Origin: Balanoglossus misakiensis
Taxonomy: Eukaryota > Animalia > Hemichordata
Assembly (NCBI GenBank): GCA_040954595.2
Contig: CM082576.2
Location: 14,015,129-14,079,128, forward strand
Reading direction: 5' to 3'
Length of the DNA stretch: 64,000 bases
Below, in pieces: positions 55,301-64,000 of the stretch. The position numbers and the translations under genes were made by a program. The notes beneath the pieces are model-generated. The model was not told the DNA's origin and searched no databases. It saw nothing but the letters and a program-made list of their open reading frames with translations. How positions within the stretch are numbered: the stretch's first letter is position 1; each line of letters begins with the position of its first letter.

Positions 55301-58300
55301 AAGTGTAGATGTTTAGTATACCTCTATAAACCACGTCTCTCTTTTTTAATGTCTGGGAGTATTAAACTCTGTTTAGTTGACTGTCCGCGTAATTAGTCTA
55401 GTAAAACCCCAAAGCCAGACAGCGCTCATATAGCCATGGAATCAGTGGTCGCTTTTCTCAGGTACATTAAAAAAACCACGCTTCCACCTTTAAATTGCAT
55501 AGAAATTCAATTAATCCTGTTTCAACACTAAATTTTATCTGCCAAGACCTTTCCCTATGAAAGGAGTGGTTACATGAGAAACGTTGCTAATCAAAAGCTC
55601 CGGGGCTAAGAGCAGCTGATTTCATATGTTGAGAATGCAGAGAGCGTTAGCGGCAAAAGTGTAGGGATACGTCAATGTGATTGATTCTGGTGTACATCGG
55701 GGGTGCTCTCGCAATACATCACTGGTCGTTCAAGCCGTTTCCATGGAAACAGAAGACTATAGGCTTTCAAACAAACGTATGAGAATAACAAACCTCTTCA
55801 GTCCAACCAGCACACTCAGTATCACCACAACTAGCTACATTACCCATCAAGCGAAATTAATTGTAAAACGTTCGCTCTATGATTAATAGATCATTAGGAT
55901 ATTGTGTTTCTTGAGCGAGGACTGCTGCCATTGTTTCTGTTTTTATTGCATTTTCTCGTGTGTTCTGTGCACCGGGAAGTATTAATGAGAGCAGTAAATG
56001 ATCATGTTTACACACCTGAAATTTATCTAAGACTCGGTCATGGCTAAAAATTCCTCTCTGGGGAGTAGATTTACTATGTGTCCACACTTGCACATTTGAA
56101 GTCAGTGTCTGGACCTGATCTAATATACATGCACATGTATGTGCCCCAAATCAGCAGAGAGAGAGAGAGATAGCACAAACTGGGGCTGAAAGCGGGGGGG
56201 GGGGGGGGGGGGGGGGGGGGAAGACAGTTTGAGCAAACTTAAAATTTAAACCTCCTCCACAGCAGACATAAATTGTCCAGTATGAACCCCATTAATATAT
56301 ACACTTCGGTCAATTTGGAGTAACAAACATCATTACACATCAAGGGCAGGTGAATTAACTATTTATGGATCGAAAGAATCATTTAATTTTTCATTAACGA
56401 GCCAAACTCAGACTATATTACTTTCAAGAACAAGGCTTCAGGGTTCAACACACAGGATTAGAGGGAATTAATAATTGGTATTAATTGATTGCTATAACTG
56501 ATACAGCTTGCCGAGAAAGACGTCACGTAGCGCTCAAAATGTCAATGGGAATGACGACAGACAGAGAGGCAGACAGACAGAATATGGAACTAAGCTGATC
56601 TCCGAGATTATATTCTGTTCAATAATATGATTATGACACAGGAAATATTCTGTTGACATGGAAACCATTCCGTGTATCCTGCACGACTTCCTACTTTATA
56701 ATATCTCATTTCATCTGTTACAGGGAACCCTTTATTCCCCTCTGAGCAAAAACTAAATGTCGCAGATATGACACGGACAGGTTATGAATCACACTGTCTG
56801 TGTCAGACGCGACTACCTGGGCCGGCAGATCATAGCACCCATACAGGCAATTGGCACAGGATGGTGCACAAACGGTTTTGCCACTCTTTACACAATATTT
56901 CAAAAACATCTGAAGCTATCAATTTTGAACGAATGAACACTGGCATCAAACACCTGTCCTCTTAGTCCATTACAGTTGTGTTCCGCTATTCACACTGTGA
57001 AAGACACGTCATAAGCAGGGTACAGACATACATGCACTGAACTACATACTTGAACATCAAATTAAGAATGGAAACGGCCACTTTCAACTACAAATTTCCT
57101 GTTCTTAAGATACATGACAACAAAAGCATAATAACATTAAGATATTCTCTAGTAGGGCTCACTATAATAATGTCATAAATTGAGTCTTATTGAGTCTAAA
57201 TTATTTATAAGAGCGCTTGTTGCTCGCTCATTTTAATTCACTGGCTCATACTCAAAGATTATCATATGGCTACAAGTAATACATACATACACACATGTGA
57301 TGTTACCGTTTTTTTTCAGTATGTCTGATAGCATCAACATATTCAGTGTACATTACAATAATGTGATTCCTTTTTACCATTATGTGTGTGATCTACAATG
57401 TACCTTAGACCCGACACTTTCATGAGTAATATTCAAATTATCATTGATGCCATGCAAGGTAAAGCTGCACAGTCCCTGCCATGTTTTCTTGATCATTTTT
57501 GCTGGGTATTCCAATCCTATGAAATATTAAATGTTCACATCTTCTGGATACAGCTATGCTATCCATCACCATTCAGTTTTAATGGGAAATGAATGCAAGG
57601 ATTTCCCTGAGTGCTCACTGACAGTTGCACTTTCTCCAGACTCTGACACAAACCCTTGCAGTGATTGAATAGACATTTTTTTTTTCAGTGCCCACACTGA
57701 ACATAATGTATTGTGAATCTGCTCAGTGTAATGTGTACACGTACATTCAGGGCTGGCTTCATCAGGTGTGTATTAAACAACTGAACAGTTTATGAATGGT
57801 GATTATGCAGGTGGGAGCACCTATTTCTGCATTAATACGCCACACTACAGTACATTGTATGTCTACAAATCAATCAACTGTCTTGTTCATTATTAAAATA
57901 TGTCATTTGTCAGGGTACGATTTCTTTGCATAAATATTACTTGATAGGAGCAGTTTTTAAACTGTGGATTACAGTGATAAAAAATGTTCTAATTTTTCTA
58001 ATTCAAAATTTTCAATTTTTACTCTACTTTAATTTTTATTTTCTTTCTTGGTCTTCCTTTAAATACAATCATACAGGAAATATTCTACAATCTAATTGCT
58101 TCATAAGAGATGATGGTTCCGGAGCACGTCACAAATGCCTGTACCCAGTAAGACTGACCACATCCGGAATTGTTATCTTAATATAACACATGGGAATCAT
58201 GACCCGGAGGGAAGGCAGCTGACGGGATGGATGTGGGCAGACTCTGATAGGATGCTAATGAAAGCAATACAGTCCCAATCAAAAATCACTACAAGTTGCA

Positions 58301-61300
58301 GGTACATGCATACATGTAATGAGAGGCACTGACGTGTTCAACCTTCTGTTATCAGATACAGGTATCATGATTAGTTCAGAGACAGGTGATATTTAACAAT
58401 GATTGGGATTGAATTGGCGGGGACGCAGAAAACAGAAACAGAAACAGAAACAGAAACAGAAACAGAAACGCTGGTTTTGGGACGGTATAGCATATACTGA
58501 TATTACATTTACAGTACAGTATTGGAGGAAGATGGCCGACAGAGGAATGAGAGAGCAGCTATCGCCTTGATATCTGGCCCTGCAAAGAAATTGCTCGCAG
58601 AAGTCGGCAGCAAATTCCCATGGGAGAATGTACGGTTCTTGAATTCTTCCCATCAGATGAACAGATTGCAATGCAAGCAGTCACAAAGACGTGAAAGAAT
58701 GATTTACCCAATCTGAATTGTATAATTTTTGTCATACAAGCTTAATGACAGACATGCTGTCATTTACATGCGAAAGGTCTTGACAGAAAAAATGACACAA
58801 TTACTTTGGTGTGTAATGATTTACTGATATGAATAATTCAGCCCCAAAAAGGCAATTAACCTATCTCAATGGTGGAGGTGGCAAACACGCCAAACCGTGT
58901 CAAGAATTTCTGTTGTAAGGTTTGATCTACGATGTAACACGGAAAAATGCTGATGGAAAATTCCAAATGAACAGAAAATCGATGAATTAAAATTTCCTGA
59001 TAATTTATGAAGCTGGATTTCAAGAAGTGGAAGTTGTCATCTTTTGACTTGTTTTGGATTATTTGGGTTTCCTTCACTAAGTCATTAATGTCACTCTGTC
59101 TGCTGTGAACTAATGAATAATGACGAGTCAATCGAACAAATCTTGTCTGGCTTTCACTCTACATATTCCCATCGATAACAGAAGGGTGTTACTTTTTAAT
59201 GAAAAACGTTACAGCAACTTGTCATACTCATGGGTAGTCTAAAAAGCAGTTTCTTGATAACCATGATTTCCCAGTCTTGATCACCATGAATGGTCCTATC
59301 AAAGTCTCACATGAAACTAAATTCTGGGACAAACCTCAGACCTCTGACATTTTTCGCCACAAATTTTGTTATTTTATGAAATATTTATTCAATTCATAGC
59401 TGTAGCCTACATGTACGTGAGTGTAAGGTGTATTATTATTGGTGCAGATACAGACAAGCATCATGTAAAATTGTCAAGGGTTATACATGTCCACGTAAGC
59501 TGCAAATGATGGTAATTTTGGACACTTACAGTTGTTGATCGCAATTTGTGATGCGAGTTGTATTAAATGGGACCAGACAGTGACACTCAAATTTAGTTGA
59601 ATTATACTATTTATAGGTTATATCCTGTCATCTGTGATGGTACACATTTACACAAGACAAACAAAAGAACTAGTTCACATTTCTTCGCACGATTAAAAAT
59701 TTTGCAATGCAGATAAAGCCAGCGGAATTCTGGGTCCCGTTTACCTTATCTCGGGAATGAAACTCCTTTTTTTATTTTCATTCATTTGCAGCCCGCGTCA
59801 CATCCATGTGTTTATTGTCGCGGCATGTTTCTGACACGTGCCTCGGCGGTCTAATGACAACCTCCCATCACAGGGGGCCCTTCATTGTATTGCCGCAGCC
59901 GTTCAGTATGACGTCAACCTGCAAAAAGCCCCTTCAGAGGACATTTACAGGCAAACACACAATCGACAACGCAACCGGCCACAAAAACGCCTTCTAATAT
60001 CATCTGAAATTCAGTTTATGCACCGGTCACTGACTGTTTACATCAGCCCCATTCAAACCGGGCACTGGTATGTTCATTTTACTAAATGAAACATTATTGA
60101 TTTTTTTTAAGTCGATTACTGGCCGACTGATTGGCACTCCCTATTGCCGTACGAATGATGTCATCATCACTACTCATCGCTTTCTCATTGCAGATTACGG
60201 TGAAAGCGACGGTCTAATCACATCTCTGGTGATTTCTAGAAAATAAAAACTATCATCTGGGTTTTATACTTCTAAAAACAGTACATGAGGTTATCTAGTC
60301 TCTTTAACAGAGGCATTCCTAGCAGTAAATTGTGGTGTTTACTTGAAATCTCTAAACTAAAATAGTCGCGAAATTTAGACTACCTACAGATATAAAACTG
60401 TGAAATACTACTGAATATTTATGAGAATACTGACTCATTTGGCATCAATGAACAGTAAATCAAAATTCATGAACTAGAAATAGAACTGAACACAAGTGGA
60501 ATGCAAGTGATCTTAATTAAAACAATTATGCATGGGACACCAGGACATGACATGTTTCCCTTTCATTTTGAAATGGCTCTTTTATGATTATTTATTTTCC
60601 TAAATCACGGTACGAATATGAACTACAATAATATATGTATGGAAAAACTATATCTTTTCACCTTTCTAAAATTCTTCTGATCATGCAGCCAGCAAATAAC
60701 ATTTGACAGTTATTTCAGAGTACTAGCATGTATTGGTATGCCAATATGTTGTCAGTTTTTATGTCGATGGAAAGCTTAAACAGTCCTACTAAAATCATGA
60801 TTGTAGCTTAGTTGCTCAGTGGGGACCACTGATTTATGACGTAGAAATATAGATTCGGACCGGCCCTGCTGGTCTGTTTGTTGGAGACACTGACAGGGAG
60901 AGAGTATTTCATGGGAGCGTACCTAATAACCGTTTTTTACGCTACATTCTTGCTTGCTTCAAGGAGGATCTGTTAAAATAAACAGGAAATTCCTGCTTCC
61001 ATTCCGGTTTAAAATTGAAGGACGTGTTCTACCTAATATTATAAAGTGACTATAAATCTGCAACAAAGTCTTGTTTAATCAAGCTTGTGTCATGTCTGCA
61101 TGTTTCTTTCACTTTTATTTTTCGTTTAATTGACAGAAAATTAAAACAAAATAATAATAAATATCTTAAGTTTATTTTGACAGTTCAGTATAAAAAGAAA
61201 CCATTTATTTTTAATTTCCACTACCCATAAATCAGCTGCATAGATCTTTTTTTTTCACTCTTTACAGAAAATTACAAGTTCCGCAAATACCCAATACTTT

Positions 61301-62354
61301 CTGTTTATCTTTTTCTGAAACCTGAAGCAAAACCAATTATACTCCACAATTCTTATTAAATTTTGACTATCTTTAAATCGCGGCTTTCACAAAATTCCGT
61401 ATTGTATCGGGTATTAACGTCTAGAACCGATAGTTATGGCAAACTCCCCATTTCTCAAGCTGCCTATTCAAGTGCTCTGTTTGCTCCTTCAATAAACACC
61501 GTATGAATGATTCTTTTGAAATCTGTATTATCAAAGACACGGCAAATCTAATGTGTTCCTACAATAACTTCTGTTGGGATAACGCACAAATCCTATTGAC
61601 GGAGGATTCAGAATAGAAAACTGTTTGTGTGCATTTCCACTCGGCTACAAATTGTGAAATAGATTGAGATGCTCCACTCTTGGAGATTTTAAGAATGACA
61701 AAAAATTGGTCTAATGCAATGTCTGTATTTATTCAATACTGGTACATCCAATCTTGGATGTTCACATTGACTAATACAGTGCCCACGCTTATTTCAACAG
61801 TAATAGAAATGTCTGTACCTTTCCTTCTGGTTGGTAATAACTTATATTGAACTTCCAAATGTAATACAGTCTTTTTTTCAACAGAGAGAAGACCCAGCTA
61901 TCTCAAGTATTTCTTGTGGCGGGTTGGGGTTGTGTTATTGTGAAAATGAACTTAGGAGGGCTGTAGGGTAAACAGGAAGGCGACAACAGAGATCTAACCT
62001 TGGTGGCTAACGATCTCATTTTGGAAAATGTTTAGGAGGATAAAAGATACGTGTACGTTTAGTATTAGCCTGACAATTTGTTTGTGAAAGACTGTATTAG
62101 GAGAAGGTTATGAAGAAAATACGTCACAACATTCCTTCAACTAATCAATCTGACCTCGTGAGGTCAGGACAATTAGAACAAGATGGACTCACCTGTCGGA
62201 GACAGCCCAGGAAGTTGGCAGCGACACTTGAACCGTGCATAGTTTTGGGGTCTGGACTACCACCGACGTAGAATAGCGTGTCGGACGTAAATGATGCGTA
62301 GCCGCCCGGTGTTTTTCCCGTTTGGGTGATCGTGTCGTCCACTGTGACTGTGAT
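28379..62354 (-). CDS. NRXN: Alpha-neurexin, 5'-partial; core exons 62193-62354, 53960-54136, 50886-51125, 50029-50398, 39601-39927, 36662-37426, 36271-36390, 35518-35696, 34858-35029, 34247-34503, (stalk 33542-33613, 33223-33324, 31026-31118), 29675-29792, 28379-29238
   Basis: All junctions are GT-AG and phase-consistent. The LamG/LNS and EGF domains come in neurexin order ([84 protein letters not shown]). TM helix MVVGIVAAVCIAILILLYAV, juxtamembrane 4.1-binding YKYRNRNEGSYRIDESRNY, class II PDZ tail REWYV*. Confidence 0.95.
30354..30549 (-). mobile_element. ~200-bp TA-flanked MITE (TACTGTAAAA...TTTTACAGTA; CGCGAAA-rich), Tc1/mariner-pogo-like
   Basis: Terminal inverted repeats and homology to the copies at 49705-49912, 50625-50836 and 1170-1345. 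Confidence 0.8.
32124..32748. mobile_element. ~625-bp non-autonomous DNA transposon (pogo/Tigger-like MITE)
   Basis: TA-CCGTAGTTGTCCGGGTAAGA ... TCTTACCCGGGCAACTACTG-TA (imperfect TIRs, TA TSD). Internal direct repeat CGAGGCCATATCCGG(T/G)CTAAAGCCCCCCCCC at ~32194 and ~32660. Confidence 0.8.
35927..36017. mobile_element. Short palindromic MITE copy
   Basis: TTAACCCTTCCACC...GGTGGAAGGGTT; same family as the copies at 15726 and 52561. Confidence 0.65.
38808..38828 (-). other. Candidate 21-nt neurexin microexon (GPSTPSG) within LNS4
   Basis: Long upstream polypyrimidine tract, ...GACTTGCAATCCAAAAG|GTCCCAGTACCCCATCAGGAG|GTAGGT; phase 1/1 matches the host intron. Confidence 0.6.
44008..44777. mobile_element. 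770-bp MITE with ~120-bp TIRs and an 8-bp TSD (ACAGTCAT); Merlin- or MULE-type
   Basis: GGCTAGTTATACTTTGCGAAACAACGAAACAGCG...TTTCCAAA is mirrored at the right end (...GCAAAGTATAACTAGCC). ACAGTCAT lies at 44000-44007 and 44778-44785. An additional inner inverted repeat (AGTTCCTGGTCTGCGGCCTGGTACTA) lies at ~44132 and ~44540. Confidence 0.9.
48398..48415 (-). other. Candidate 18-nt neurexin microexon (EVSGNP) at the EGF2-LNS4 hinge
   Basis: TTTATTTCAACAG|AAGTCTCTGGAAACCCAG|GTAAGA: strong splice sites, phase 1/1, no stop codon; CT-rich tract ~140-170 nt upstream. Confidence 0.6.
49705..49912 (+). mobile_element. ~200-bp TA-flanked MITE
   Basis: TACTGTAAAACGGGTTATTTT...AAAATAACCCGTTTTACAGTA (21-bp perfect TIR including TA). 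Confidence 0.85.
50625..50836 (+). mobile_element. ~200-bp TA-flanked MITE
   Basis: TACTGTAAAACA...TGTTTTACAGTA; internal homology to the other copies. Confidence 0.8.
52561..52639. mobile_element. Short palindromic MITE copy, TTAA-CCC...GGG-TTAA (piggyBac-like ends)
   Basis: TTAACCCTGTCACC...GGTGAAAGGGTTAA; reverse orientation relative to the 35927 copy. Confidence 0.65.
58428..58469. repeat. (GAAACA)n hexanucleotide microsatellite
   Basis: Directly visible tandem run. Confidence 0.9.
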
Positions 62355-64000
62355 CTAGAGAAAGAATGGTTAAACAAAAAAGAAAATCAGAGAAAATACG
62401 TTCATTGACAAATTTCACCTCTGCCTTTTTTATTAATATCTACATGTAATTCAAATGGAAACAGTCAATGCTGACTGAAACGCTTCCTGAGACAGCAGAT
62501 GTAACTGTTATGTGACTTTTCAATATTTTTCCAACATTTTTGTTATCACACATACTTTCTTATCTTTCTTTCATGGTTTGGCTTGCCAACAATTAGCGAG
62601 ACAAACAATCCTCAAATTTCAACTTTATGCTTTAGGGAGTAGGGGTTAAAACATAAAAAAGGCTTGAAACAAAACATAACAAAAAAGATACGAAAATATA
62701 TCAAAAATTTACACCTGCTGTCTTCTCTCAGAAATAATAGACTATGGAAAACTTCCTGTATGATCCATTAGTTTTCTCAAAATATCCAGTTTATTTTTCA
62801 GTGCTAATCCGGAGAAGTTGAAGTCAATACATATTGTCTCATTTTTTCATTATTTCTTTTCAATTTTAAATAAAGACCACATGGTACCTAGTATAAATCT
62901 ACATGTAGCTCATTTTAATTAGAGGCAGTAGAATTCAAAATTCTTGCTGAATCAGCGACAGATACATGTACACTGTACATGTGGGATAAAAACAGCAGAA
63001 AACAATCTAATTTCTGACAAGTCATTGTTAATGACATAGTCTCCACTGACTCATAAATTAACACTGAAGGAAATCAGAGTGGAACGAAATCAGTCAAGAC
63101 ACGTCGCCAGAACGGCTCTGAAAGTGTTTCTAACAAACGATCATTGACAAAAATTAGTACTCGACATGTACATGTATGTCTTTGTACGTGTCCTTAAGCC
63201 ATGCTTAGGAATGCCATGGTTACAACACATAAACATGAAAATTTCATTAAAATACCGCCGAGTGACAGCCACCACTTTAGTTAGTCCTAAGGTTCAATCA
63301 AATGAATCGATCTGAGCATAATTTGAGTTAAATTCTTGATATAAACAAAAATCATCACAAAATGGTTGCCAGGTAGTCATTTTCCTTTTTAGATCAATCA
63401 TAATGTGACACACATAGATTGTGACATCAAAAAAAAAAAAACTTTAGGAACATGTGATTAATAGCTTTGGATATCATATAATTTTATAAAAATGGCCACT
63501 GGACATCCATATTTGATCATAAACGACATTAACGTGTACATGACAGTTCATTTTTTTTTACTGTTTGTATGAAACCAGTTGAAGCATGCCTGAGAAATAG
63601 CTCTGGACGTGAAAAAATTGCAACCAAATTGTTGTCTGGGGGCTATATTGGATTGTACAGTGACACAAATTGACGTGTATAAGCATCATGTTACATTGTC
63701 CTTGTACCAACTTTGAATGGAATCGGTTCAGCCATATCTGAGTTATGGCACCGGAATGAAAAAAAATATAATCATAATAAAATGTCTGCCCGATGGCTAT
63801 ACTAATTCATATCACAACACAAACTGACACGCATAATAGTATCACTGTACATCACGGTACAATTATGTCCTTGCATTAAGTTTGACTGGAATCTTGTTCA
63901 GGTATGTCTGCACTAATGGTGCCAGACATGACAAAATCATTATAGAATTGTCACCCGATAACAACATTGGATCGTATCAAAACACTGAAATTGACGTGGA

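Noticed and set aside
63560-64000. Repeat-like sequence at the window end
   Set aside because: Truncated, with no second copy or termini in the window to support a call.

Overview
Intron-rich, AT-rich animal genomic DNA (not prokaryotic), probably from a marine invertebrate; the taxon cannot be fixed from sequence alone. Most ORF-track entries are spurious. Five protein-coding genes could be reconstructed by hand from splice sites and reading phase. (1) The 3' exons of a spliced YeeE/YedE-family sulfur-compound transporter (+, 175-2658). (2) TAF1A (-, 3743-12845), with a probable GC-AG intron and a 4.75-kb nested Helentron/HINE-like repeat in one intron. (3) MCFD2 (+, 13875-14451), head-to-head with TAF1A. 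(4) A single-coding-exon class A GPCR with ETY in place of DRY (+, 22231-23274). (5) Most of an alpha-neurexin (-, 28379 to beyond 62354: end of LNS2, LNS3, EGF2, LNS4, LNS5, EGF3, LNS6, stalk, TM, PDZ tail). The most interesting signals are in the neurexin: candidate frame-preserving microexons (18, 21 and possibly 27 nt), a modular set of phase-0 mucin cassette exons with a possible stop-containing (secreted) exon, and a duplicated Ser-Gly/acidic Cys-loop module. The intron-containing YeeE gene and the self-nesting rolling-circle-type element with a variable 238-bp satellite also stand out. Several MITE families are present. Gene identities come from recalled family motifs, not database searches.
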